Source of the DNA: Candidatus Effluviviaceae Genus IV sp.
GTDB taxonomy: Bacteria; Joyebacterota; Joyebacteria; Joyebacterales; Joyebacteraceae
Direction of reading: 5' to 3'
DNA length: 44,603 nt
Assembly: GCA_014728245.1 (NCBI GenBank)
Contig: WJLY01000282.1
Span: forward strand, 1-44,603
In this document: positions 30,833 to 38,828 of the stretch, piece after piece
How positions within the stretch are numbered: the stretch's first letter is position 1
Layout: the number at the start of each line of letters is the position of its first letter
Notes under the pieces: generated by a model
Told to the model about the DNA's origin: nothing
Seen by the model: only the letters and a program-made list of their open reading frames with translations
Databases searched by the model: none
Translations under genes and position numbers: made by a program

Positions 30833-32215
30833 TTGAGAGAGTCGCCGAACGATACCATCGCGGCGATCTCCACGGTCGCCGGCGCAGGCGCGATCGCGAT
30901 CGTCAGAATATCGGGAGACCAGGCCCTCGGAATCGCAGACGCGATGTTCGAGGGCGTCTCTCTTGTGGACGTGCCGACACACACGGTGCACTACGGAAGC
31001 GTGGTCGACGATCGCGGAAGGCCCGTGGACGAGGTGCTCGCTACGGTCATGCGCGCGCCCGGAACCTACACCACAGAGGACATGGTCGAGTTCGGGTGCC
31101 ACGGCGGCCCGATGCCCGCCCGCGAAGTGCTCGCCGCAGCTCTGAGAGCGGGCGCCAGGCAGGCGCGTCGCGGGGAGTTCACACTGAGGGCGTTCCTGGG
31201 CGGCAGGATAGACCTCGTTCAGGCCGAGGCGGTGGCGGACATTGTGGCGTCGCGGACGAGAAGGGGCCTCGAACTGGCGCTCGGTCAGCTCGAGGGCGGT
31301 CTGTCCGGCGAACTCGATGCGCTTCGCACCGAGCTGCTGGCGTTTCGAGCCGACGTCGAGTCGCTCGTGGATTTCGTGGACGACGACATTGAGCCTGCTA
31401 CGCGGCAGGCGATGGCGGCGACAGGCGCGCGGGCGGGCGAGCGGATAGAGCGACTTCTGGACAGGTGCGACCTCGGCGCGGCGGTCCGCGAGGGCGTCAG
31501 CGTCGCTATCGTGGGGCGGCCGAACGTGGGGAAGTCGAGCCTCATGAACGCGCTCCTTGAGAAGGACCGCGCCATCGTCACCGCACAACCCGGGACCACC
31601 AGGGACGCCGTCGAGGACTTTCTGCACCTGACGGGGATGGCAGTCAGATTGGTCGACACGGCCGGTTGGCGCGTAGGCCGGGATGAGGCGGAGCGAGCCG
31701 GGGTCGAGCGGGCGAAGGCGGCCGCAGCCGGTGCGGATCTCGCCTTGCTGGTCGTTGACGGTTCCGAGGGATACACTGACGAAGACCGGGCGATCGCGGG
31801 AGCGCTGTCCGGCGAACGGACGCTCGTTGCGGTGAACAAGTCGGATCTCGGCTGCGTGCTCCGGGAAGAGCAGCTCGGGCAGCTGCCGGGGGCATCACAG
31901 GGACACGCGCCGCTCAGGGTCTCGGCGCTGACGGGTGACGGCCTGGGCGATCTCAGGGAGGCGCTCGCGCGGACCGCTGCCGGATGCGACCCCTCTGAGA
32001 GCGCGATGGTCACCAACGTACGTCACATAGACGCCCTGAGACGGTGCCGTGAGTCGCTCGCGAGGGCGACGACCCGGGTCGCCGAGGGCGGAGAGGCCGA
32101 GCTGGCGGCGGTCGATCTGGCTGAGGCTACTGAGGCTCTTGGGAGCGTAACGGGCGAGACGACGCCCGAGGATGTCCTTGAACGCATATTCCGCCGTTTC
32201 TGCGTCGGGAAATAG
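30833..32215 (+). CDS. mnmE: tRNA modification GTPase MnmE
   Basis: I chose the TTG start behind SD GAGGAA. N-terminus DTIAAISTVAGAGAIAIVRISG, G-domain GRPNVGKSSLMNAL...DTAG, C-terminal FCVGK. The track ORF start at 30731 overlaps jag and is rejected. Confidence 0.9.
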   Translation: MRESPNDTIAAISTVAGAGAIAIVRISGDQALGIADAMFEGVSLVDVPTHTVHYGSVVDDRGRPVDEVLATVMRAPGTYTTEDMVEFGCHGGPMPAREVLAAALRAGARQARRGEFTLRAFLGGRIDLVQAEAVADIVASRTRRGLELALGQLEGGLSGELDALRTELLAFRADVESLVDFVDDDIEPATRQAMAATGARAGERIERLLDRCDLGAAVREGVSVAIVGRPNVGKSSLMNALLEKDRAIVTAQPGTTRDAVEDFLHLTGMAVRLVDTAGWRVGRDEAERAGVERAKAAAAGADLALLVVDGSEGYTDEDRAIAGALSGERTLVAVNKSDLGCVLREEQLGQLPGASQGHAPLRVSALTGDGLGDLREALARTAAGCDPSESAMVTNVRHIDALRRCRESLARATTRVAEGGEAELAAVDLAEATEALGSVTGETTPEDVLERIFRRFCVGK

Positions 32216-32449
32216 ACGTTCGGGGAGAGGCGCAAGAGGAGCCGGAGAGGCCGAGCGTTGGTCCGGAGCGGGCGCTGCATAAACGCGGCGTGATATGATT
32301 CGTCTCCCTGCGACCACCATGTCGCGCTGCGCGCGCCGGGGAGGTGGAGAGGTGCCTGAAGTCCGCTCTTACCGAGCCGAGGATATGCCGACGCATCCGG
32401 CGGAGCCCTGGCCTGGCTCTGATCGGTAGTGGGGGTCGAAGAGGGCAAG

Positions 32450-34354
32450 ATGATTCGGCAGACACACTTCGACATCCTGGTGGTGGGGGCCGGCCACGCC
32501 GCATGCGAGGCCGCCCTCGCGGCAGCCCGGATGGGCAAGCGTGTGGGAGCGGTTACCATCTCGCTGCGTCACGTGGCCGAGATGGCGTGCAATCCCTCCA
32601 TTGGCGGCCTCGCCAAGGGTCAGCTTGTCCGCGAGATCGACGCACTCGGGGGCGAGATGGGCCGAGCGATCGATGACACCGGGCTCCAGTTCCGGATGCT
32701 CAACACGGGTAAGGGCCTGGCCGTCCGCTCTCCGAGAGCCCAGGCCGACAAGAGCGCCTACCACAGGCGGATGCTCCGGGCGCTGCTGGATGAGGAGCGC
32801 GTGACGCTCATCCGCGGGCGCGTGGAGGCGATCCTGTGCTTTGAAGGTCGCGTCAAGGCGGTTACCTTGTCAGATGGGCGGAGGATAGCAGCTCGAGCCG
32901 TAGTCTTGACAACTGGCACGTTCCTGTGCGGGTTGCTTCACGTGGGAGCGAGAACGCATCGTGGCGGGAGGACCGGCGAACCTGCGGCGCTGGGGCTGTC
33001 GAGCTGCCTCGAGGAGCTGGGTCTGCCGCTCGGGCGGCTGAAGACGGGCACACCTCCAAGACTGCGCAGCGCGACAGTTGACTGGAGCGCCCTCGAGGTG
33101 CAGCAGGGCGATGACCCCCCTTGTCCGTTCTCTCACGGTACGCAATCTCTGGAGATTGACCAAATGCCGTGCCACATTACGTGGACCGGCGAACGGACGC
33201 ACGCGCTCATACGGGAAGCTCTCCCGCGGTCGCCGCTTTTCAACGGCTCTATCGGCGGTATCGGGCCGCGCTACTGCCCATCGATAGAGGACAAGGTCGT
33301 GAGGTTCCCGGAGCGCGGGCGCCACAGAGTGGTCCTCGAGCCGGAGACCAGGGACGGCGAGCTGACATACCCGAACGGCCTTTCGACCAGCCTGCCATTC
33401 GACGTCCAGAGGGATATCATAGCGAGCATTCCCGGACTCGAGCGTGCCGAGATCCTGCAGCCCGGGTACGCCGTGGAGTACGACTACGTGGACCCCAGAG
33501 CGCTCCGCCCATCGCTCGAGGCGAAGTCGGTGAGAGGGCTCTTCCTGGCGGGGCAGATCAACGGTACGTCGGGCTACGAGGAGGCCGCGGCTCAGGGTCT
33601 GATCGCGGGCGCGAATGCTGCGTTGAGCCTGGACGAGAGAGAGCCGCTCGTGTTGGGCCGTGACCAGGCGTACATGGGCGTGCTGGTGGACGACCTTGTG
33701 ACGAAGGGCGTAGACGAGCCCTACCGGATGTTCACGAGCCGCGCCGAGCATCGGCTGGTGCTGCGGCAGGACAACGCGGACACGAGGTTGACGGCGGTCG
33801 GGCATCGATTTGGGCTGGTCGGGGACGAAGCGGCCAGTCGAGCGAGGGAGAAGAGCGCAAGCGTGGACCGGGAGCTGCGCCGTCTGTGCGGAACGACGTT
33901 GCCGCTGGAGGCTACGAACAAGATGCTGCGAAGGCGCGGTGCGAAGCCGCTTGCGCATGCGCAGCCGGCAGACCGTGTACTGGCCAGGCCGGAGGTTAGT
34001 GTCAACGACGTGTACGCGATCGCGGCACCGCCAACGCCGTTGTCATCGAACGTAGTTGACACTGTCGAGGTCGAGGTCAAGTACCGCGGCTACATCGCAC
34101 GCGCGCATGGACTCGCGCGACGCCAGGCGGCTCTGGATGGCCAGAACATCCCGGACTGGGTCGAGTATGAGCGAATCAGGGGACTCTCGACAGAATCAGT
34201 CCAGAAGCTTGCGCGTGTGCGGCCGCGGACCGTGGGACAGGCGGGCCGCATACCCGGCGTAAGCCCCGCCGACATAGGCGTTCTGCTCATACACATGAAG
34301 GCGGCGCAGCGTAGAGAACGTGACGGTCGTCAGCAGTCTGTGTCCAGGAGTTGA
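32450..34354 (+). CDS. mnmG: tRNA uridine 5-carboxymethylaminomethyl modification enzyme MnmG (GidA)
   Basis: Starts at [29 protein letters not shown] (FAD-binding fold). Conserved GidA core ([23 protein letters not shown]). Confidence 0.95.
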   Translation: MIRQTHFDILVVGAGHAACEAALAAARMGKRVGAVTISLRHVAEMACNPSIGGLAKGQLVREIDALGGEMGRAIDDTGLQFRMLNTGKGLAVRSPRAQADKSAYHRRMLRALLDEERVTLIRGRVEAILCFEGRVKAVTLSDGRRIAARAVVLTTGTFLCGLLHVGARTHRGGRTGEPAALGLSSCLEELGLPLGRLKTGTPPRLRSATVDWSALEVQQGDDPPCPFSHGTQSLEIDQMPCHITWTGERTHALIREALPRSPLFNGSIGGIGPRYCPSIEDKVVRFPERGRHRVVLEPETRDGELTYPNGLSTSLPFDVQRDIIASIPGLERAEILQPGYAVEYDYVDPRALRPSLEAKSVRGLFLAGQINGTSGYEEAAAQGLIAGANAALSLDEREPLVLGRDQAYMGVLVDDLVTKGVDEPYRMFTSRAEHRLVLRQDNADTRLTAVGHRFGLVGDEAASRAREKSASVDRELRRLCGTTLPLEATNKMLRRRGAKPLAHAQPADRVLARPEVSVNDVYAIAAPPTPLSSNVVDTVEVEVKYRGYIARAHGLARRQAALDGQNIPDWVEYERIRGLSTESVQKLARVRPRTVGQAGRIPGVSPADIGVLLIHMKAAQRRERDGRQQSVSRS

Positions 34355-34986
34355 CATTGGGGGCTGCAGCGGCAGGCATCTCACAGCTGGCCGGCGAGAT
34401 CACGGAGTCGCAGGCCTCGCGGCTCAGTGAGTACGTTCGGCTGGCCAGGAAGCTGGGCTCGCGGTGGAACCTGATGTCGCCGGCCGCTCTGGCAGGCATC
34501 GAGGAACACCTGATCGACTCGGCCGCGCTTCTCCGGGTGCACGATCCGGAGTGCGGCAGCCTGGCGGATCTGGGCAGCGGCGGAGGGCTGCCGGGCGTCG
34601 TGCTCGCAATCCTGCGGCCGCGTTGGCGTGTGACGCTCGTGGATTCGAGGCGCAGCAAGGTCGTGTTTTTGCGGGAGGCTGCGTCGATGCTGGACCTCGG
34701 GAACGCGGAGGTGGTTCACGGGCGAATCGAGGAACTCCAGAAGGGAGCGTTCGACACGGCTGTGTCACGCGCTCTTGGCCCCGTGCGTAAGACTCTTGGG
34801 CCGTCCCTGAAGACTGTCCGCCGGGGAGGCAAGCTGATACTGTACAAGGGGCCGAGCTGGGAGGAAGAACGGGCAGAGGCGGCGGAGGTTGCGGGGGAAT
34901 GGGGGGCCGCGATCGCCGCAGAGGAGCGCGTGAAGCTGCCCGGCCTGAGCAGGGCGACGACCTTTGTGACGTTTGAGCTCGAGTGA
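34351..34986 (+). CDS. rsmG: 16S rRNA (guanine527-N7)-methyltransferase RsmG (GidB)
   Basis: 211 aa with a TTG start overlapping the mnmG stop. SAM motif [17 protein letters not shown]. Confidence 0.85.
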   Translation: MTLGAAAAGISQLAGEITESQASRLSEYVRLARKLGSRWNLMSPAALAGIEEHLIDSAALLRVHDPECGSLADLGSGGGLPGVVLAILRPRWRVTLVDSRRSKVVFLREAASMLDLGNAEVVHGRIEELQKGAFDTAVSRALGPVRKTLGPSLKTVRRGGKLILYKGPSWEEERAEAAEVAGEWGAAIAAEERVKLPGLSRATTFVTFELE

Positions 34987-35082
34987 GGGACGGCGAAGCG
35001 ATCGCGCGGGGTCCGGGGTTCTCTGAGTCGGTTTGCACTGGTGGACCCTGCGGGAGCCGGCGTTCAGCTCACTCACGCCCGG

Positions 35083-35098
35083 TGTTTCACGTGAAACA
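35083..35098. promoter_or_regulatory. parS site 1 (TGTTTCACGTGAAACA, perfect palindrome)
   Basis: Exact match to the canonical 16-bp ParB-binding parS consensus. Confidence 0.9.
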
Positions 35099-35203
35099 AC
35101 GACGGACAAGCTCAGGTGCACCGTCGTGTTCCAGGTGAAGCGGGATGTTGTTCTTACGTGCGTCCTGCTCTCAGCAAGAAGCCTCGCGAATTGCGCTCTG
35201 GGC

Positions 35204-35219
35204 TGTTTCACGTGAAACA
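35204..35219. promoter_or_regulatory. parS site 2 (TGTTTCACGTGAAACA)
   Basis: Exact consensus match. Confidence 0.9.
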
Positions 35220-35241
35220 GGGTGCCGTGATCTCGCGTGGG

Positions 35242-35257
35242 TGTTTCACGTGAAACA
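35242..35257. promoter_or_regulatory. parS site 3 (TGTTTCACGTGAAACA)
   Basis: Exact consensus match. Confidence 0.9.
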
Positions 35258-35362
35258 GGATGCAGCCGCTTCCGTCTGTGTGCGAGGACGCCAAGTGTGA
35301 CCAAGAGGTACTCCTGCGACAGATCGTCGTCCGGTAAGAAGCGCTTCCGGAACACAGAGTGG

Positions 35363-35378
35363 TGTTTCACGTGAAACA
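35363..35378. promoter_or_regulatory. parS site 4 (TGTTTCACGTGAAACA)
   Basis: Exact consensus match. Confidence 0.9.
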
Positions 35379-35434
35379 GGTATCGCCGTGCTCCGTCCCT
35401 CGGGCCCTGGAAGGCGCGAGAAGGGTCAGCACCA

Positions 35435-35450
35435 CGTTTCACGTGAAACA
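35435..35450. promoter_or_regulatory. parS site 5 (CGTTTCACGTGAAACA, 1 mismatch)
   Basis: 15/16 match to the consensus. Confidence 0.8.
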
Positions 35451-35690
35451 AGAGCATCCTCAATCCCCACACAACGAAGTCACACTTGTCTACCAAGTTG
35501 GCGTCAACGCAATGCACGGACTGTCAACGGCCTATACACAGTCTGTACACGTAGGGTCATTCTCTGCGCGCAACGGGAGATGCGAGCACACCGTTGACAC
35601 AACCGGGTTCACAGCTGCTGGATACGGCCTTGTTCCGCCCGCCTTTTCGCCGCTGAACTCGACGGTTCGCTTGCATCCTCAGAAAAAAGC

Positions 35691-35699
35691 CGTGGATAA
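35691..35699 (-). promoter_or_regulatory. DnaA box (cgtggataa = TTATCCACg on the minus strand)
   Basis: 8/9 match, preceded by an A-tract (agaaaaaag). Confidence 0.5.
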
Positions 35700-35723
35700 C
35701 TCTGCCAATACCCAGCTTTGTGC

Positions 35724-35751
35724 TTGACAGGGCCCAAGCCGATTGTATGCT
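35724..35751 (+). promoter_or_regulatory. candidate sigma70-type promoter of parAB
   Basis: TTGACA (35724-35729), a 16-nt spacer, then TATGCT (35746-35751). These are the same hexamers as the rpmH candidate promoter. It lies about 70 nt upstream of the parA ATG. Confidence 0.4.
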
Positions 35752-35802
35752 TGCGGTCACATTCCCGAGTATGGGGCAGAGCATCGTTTTGTAGCGGCAG
35801 AG

Positions 35803-35811
35803 TTGTCCACA
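35803..35811 (+). promoter_or_regulatory. DnaA box TTGTCCACA (1 mismatch) in the parA leader
   Basis: It lies 12 nt upstream of the parA ATG, downstream of the candidate -10. Confidence 0.45.
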
Positions 35812-35822
35812 GCGAGGTTCTG

Positions 35823-36659
35823 ATGGGTCGTATCATAGCAATCGCCAATCAGAAGGGCGGCGTAGGGAAGACGACGACGGCCGTGAACTTGGCGGCGTGT
35901 ATGGCAGTCGCGGAGAAGCCAACGCTGTTGATCGATATCGATCCCCAGGCCAATGCCAGCAGTGGCATCGGGCTGGCGCGGGAAGACATAAATGCCAGTG
36001 TATACGAAGTTCTGATCGGTGAGGCAGGAGCTAGCGAGGCGATTGTGGCGGGTCCGGACCTGGCTTTCCTGGACGTGCTGCCGTCGCACCAGCGGCTCAT
36101 CGGAGCCGAGATCGAGCTGGTGAACATCATGGCGAGGGAGACGCGGCTGAGACGGGCGCTCGACCCCATGCGCAATGACTACCAGTACGTGATCGTGGAT
36201 TGCCCGCCGTCGCTGGGTCTCCTCACGGTCAACACGCTGACGGCGGCGGACACGGTCATCGTGCCTATACAGTGTGAGTACTACGCGCTCGAGGGGCTCG
36301 GGCAGCTCCTCAACAGCATCAGGCTCGTGCAGAGGAACCTGAATCCGGACCTGCGCATTGAGGGGATTCTCCTGACGATGTATGACGGGCGCCTCAATCT
36401 CGCACGCCAGGTGGCCGAGGAGGCCCGTCGCTACTTCGGTGACAGGGTCTACCGTGCGATGATCCCGAGGAATGTGCGTCTGGGCGAGGCTCCGAGCTTT
36501 GGTCAACCTATAATACTTTACGACATCGCCTCGGCGGGTGCCCAGAGCTACATCGAGCTTGCCAAAGAGATCATGTTCGGTGGAGAGGCGGCGACAGGAG
36601 CGCCGGAGGTGCTGGCGCTGTCTGGCACCGACGAACCGGGACCGGGCGCGCAGGGCTGA
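35823..36659 (+). CDS. parA: chromosome partitioning ATPase ParA (Soj)
   Basis: Starts at MGRIIAIANQKGGVGKTTTAVNLAA (deviant Walker A). The track ORF start at 35718 is rejected. Confidence 0.95.
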   Translation: MGRIIAIANQKGGVGKTTTAVNLAACMAVAEKPTLLIDIDPQANASSGIGLAREDINASVYEVLIGEAGASEAIVAGPDLAFLDVLPSHQRLIGAEIELVNIMARETRLRRALDPMRNDYQYVIVDCPPSLGLLTVNTLTAADTVIVPIQCEYYALEGLGQLLNSIRLVQRNLNPDLRIEGILLTMYDGRLNLARQVAEEARRYFGDRVYRAMIPRNVRLGEAPSFGQPIILYDIASAGAQSYIELAKEIMFGGEAATGAPEVLALSGTDEPGPGAQG

Positions 36660-36745
36660 GCGGGAAGTGAAGCGAGGCGGCGGTCGGGTCTCGTGAGGGA
36701 TGTGGGACGTCGGCTTGGCGCGGCGCGCTTCAGGGAGGGCACCGA

Positions 36746-37624
36746 ATGAACAGGAAGGCGCTGGGCAGGGGCCTGGGAGCGCTGATTCCGGAGGCGCCCG
36801 GGCAGGAAGAAGGAGACGCGGCGCCCGCGGTGCGAGAGCTCTCGGTGGAGTCGATAGAGCGTAACAAGGAACAGCCCCGGACTCGCTTCAGCGACGAGAC
36901 GCTGCGCGAGCTGGCTGAGTCGCTCAAGGCGCACGGTGTAGTGCAGCCGATCGTGGTCAGGCCGCTTCCCACCGGGGGCTACGGTCTGATCGTGGGAGAG
37001 CGGAGGCTTCGGGCGGCGCGCATGGCGGGGTTTCAGACTGTCCCGGCGATCGTGCGGGAGGTCGGCGAAGAGCAGGCGCTCAGCATGGCGCTGGTGGAGA
37101 ACCTGCAGCGGGAGAACCTGAACCCGATTGACGAGGCGCGCGGGTACGAGGCGCTGATGGAGATCACGGGGGGCGGACACGGTGACGTGGCGGCCCGCGT
37201 CGGCAAGGACCGGAGCACCGTGGCGAACATCATCCGCCTGCTGGAGCTGCCTCTCGATGTCCAGGAGATGCTGGCCTCGGGGGACCTATCGGCGGGACAC
37301 GGCCGCGCGCTGCTCGCGGCGGCATCAGGCGAGGAGCAGACGTCGCTGGCGAAGAAGGCCGTTTCCAAAGGGCTGTCGGTCAGGGAGTTGGAGGCGGCGG
37401 CCAGAGGCAAGCGGAAGCGAAGGAAGACGACGCGGCGGACGAAGACGAAGGACCCGGTGCTGAGAGAGTGGGAGGAACGGCTGCAGCGCGTACTCGGCAC
37501 CCAGGTCCGGATCGAGAGAATGGGAAGCGAGGGTACAATACGGATCGAGTACTACTCGGAGGAGGATCTCGAGCGGGTGCTCGAGCTGATATCCGGCGCG
37601 GGGGAGAGAGGAACGACCCCGTAG
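36746..37624 (+). CDS. parB: chromosome partitioning protein ParB (Spo0J)
   Basis: MNRKALGRGLGALIP..., ParB box GERRLRAARMAG, helix-turn-helix region. SD GGGAGGG. Confidence 0.95.
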   Translation: MNRKALGRGLGALIPEAPGQEEGDAAPAVRELSVESIERNKEQPRTRFSDETLRELAESLKAHGVVQPIVVRPLPTGGYGLIVGERRLRAARMAGFQTVPAIVREVGEEQALSMALVENLQRENLNPIDEARGYEALMEITGGGHGDVAARVGKDRSTVANIIRLLELPLDVQEMLASGDLSAGHGRALLAAASGEEQTSLAKKAVSKGLSVRELEAAARGKRKRRKTTRRTKTKDPVLREWEERLQRVLGTQVRIERMGSEGTIRIEYYSEEDLERVLELISGAGERGTTP

Positions 37625-37650
37625 CGTCGGGGCGGAAGTGGTGTTAGATG

Positions 37651-37679
37651 TTGACTCCCGGTAAGGGCTTTGCTATCTT
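37651..37679 (+). promoter_or_regulatory. candidate promoter of the bactofilin gene
   Basis: TTGACT (37651-37656), a 17-nt spacer, then TATCTT (37674-37679). Confidence 0.35.
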
Positions 37680-37750
37680 CTTGCGGTCGCGCGGGGATCC
37701 AGAGGTAGAGCGGCGGAGTCCAGCAGGGACCGGGTAGCGCGGAGGGGCAG

Positions 37751-38182
37751 ATGTTCACTAGGGACGACGAAAGGACTGTCGACGCAGTGAACACGATTAT
37801 CGGTGAAGGCACGCATGTGAAGGGCGACGTGACCGTCGAGGGCAGCATCGAGATCGACGGTGAGTTCGAGGGAGCCATCGACGCGACCGACACGCTCGTC
37901 ATCGGCGAGACCGGTAAGATCGACGGCGACGCCAATGTGGCGAACGCGTCGATCGGCGGCCGCATGTACGGCAACGTCGTGGCGTCGGGCAAGATCGAAC
38001 TCAAGCGCGGTTCTCAGCTTCTGGGCGACATCAAGACTCGAGGACTTGTGATCGAGGATGGCGTCGTGTTCCAGGGGAACTGCCAGATGGGAGACGTCGT
38101 CGAGCCGCCCGAGCGGCGGCAGCAGGAGAGCGCTATCGAGCTCGAGGAAGACGAGCTCGAAGAGGCGGAGGCGTCGTACTAG
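37751..38182 (+). CDS. bactofilin (DUF583) family cytoskeletal protein
   Basis: 143 aa with a repetitive beta-helix pattern (IIGEGTHVKGDVTVEGSIEIDGEFEGAIDATDTLVIGETGKIDGDANVANASIGGRMYGNVVASGKIELKRGSQLLGDIKTRGLVIEDGVVFQGNC) and an acidic tail. SD GGAGGGG. Confidence 0.85.
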   Translation: MFTRDDERTVDAVNTIIGEGTHVKGDVTVEGSIEIDGEFEGAIDATDTLVIGETGKIDGDANVANASIGGRMYGNVVASGKIELKRGSQLLGDIKTRGLVIEDGVVFQGNCQMGDVVEPPERRQQESAIELEEDELEEAEASY

Positions 38183-38227
38183 CGGTGTCTCGCTGCCCCG
38201 GCGCTTCGGTTGTCCCCGGCACGCGAC

Positions 38228-38246
38228 TGTGGACAACTGTGCACAA
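38228..38246 (-). promoter_or_regulatory. tandem DnaA-box-like sites (TGTGGACAA and TGTGCACAA)
   Basis: The reverse complements are TTGTCCACA (1 mismatch) and TTGTGCACA (2 mismatches), separated by 1 nt. Confidence 0.4.
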
Positions 38247-38317
38247 TTGTTGCCTGTCACTCTAACTCCTGACAGCGTAAGTAACTGAGATGATGGGCCG
38301 GCAACGCCCGGGGATGG

Positions 38318-38326
38318 TTATCCACC
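38318..38326 (+). promoter_or_regulatory. DnaA box TTATCCACc
   Basis: 8/9 match, in the spacer upstream of the V-ATPase operon. Confidence 0.45.
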
Positions 38327-38476
38327 GAGATGCGGGCAGTCGGATGGGTCTGTCGTCGGCGTAAGTGCGCTTGAGGCGTGAGATTGGATACCGCCGATAG
38401 CCCGCGGCCGCGTGCCTGCGTCCGCCGCTGCCGGCGCTCGCAGGAATCGCGAGCGGCCGAGGGCCTGTCTCGCTGT

Positions 38477-38812
38477 ATGGCGGGAGGCGAGTTGCTACCT
38501 GACGTGATCGACCGCATTCGCGAGGCGGAGTCGACCGCCGAGGAAGAGGCGCGGCGCGCGCGCGCCGAGGCGCGGCAACTGGTTGCGGAAGCCCGGCAAT
38601 CGTACGAGAGTATGCTCGACGCCATGAGGAAAGAGGTGCGAGCGGCCGAGCGAGAGCTTCTCGACGAAGCGAAGTCGTCTGCCGAGGCCGAGGCGCAGGA
38701 GATAAGGAAGGAGGGCCGCGCGGCGGTCGACGCGGTTAAGGAGAGCGCCGACGACCGGATCGAGGCCGCGATCGGAGTCGTGCTCGATTCGATTTCGGCT
38801 GCGGCATCTTAG
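38477..38812 (+). CDS. V/A-type ATPase peripheral-stalk subunit (G/H-like coiled coil)
   Basis: I chose the internal ATG (MAGGELLPDVIDRIREAESTAEEEARRARAEARQLVAEAR). It is an Ala/Glu/Arg-rich coiled coil and the first gene of the operon. Confidence 0.65.
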   Translation: MAGGELLPDVIDRIREAESTAEEEARRARAEARQLVAEARQSYESMLDAMRKEVRAAERELLDEAKSSAEAEAQEIRKEGRAAVDAVKESADDRIEAAIGVVLDSISAAAS

Positions 38813-38828
38813 GAGGCGTTGGAGACGG

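Noticed and set aside
35083-35450. Possible CRISPR-like array (a 16-bp repeat occurring five times)
   Set aside because: The repeat is too short and is perfectly palindromic, and the spacings are irregular (38-121 bp). It is identical to the ParB-binding parS consensus, and no cas genes are present.
34765-35517. 250-aa minus-strand ORF with a recurring FHVK motif
   Set aside because: The repeated peptide is just the translation of the palindromic parS sites (TTTCACGTGAAA). There is no SD and no family resemblance, and it overlaps the rsmG 3' end.
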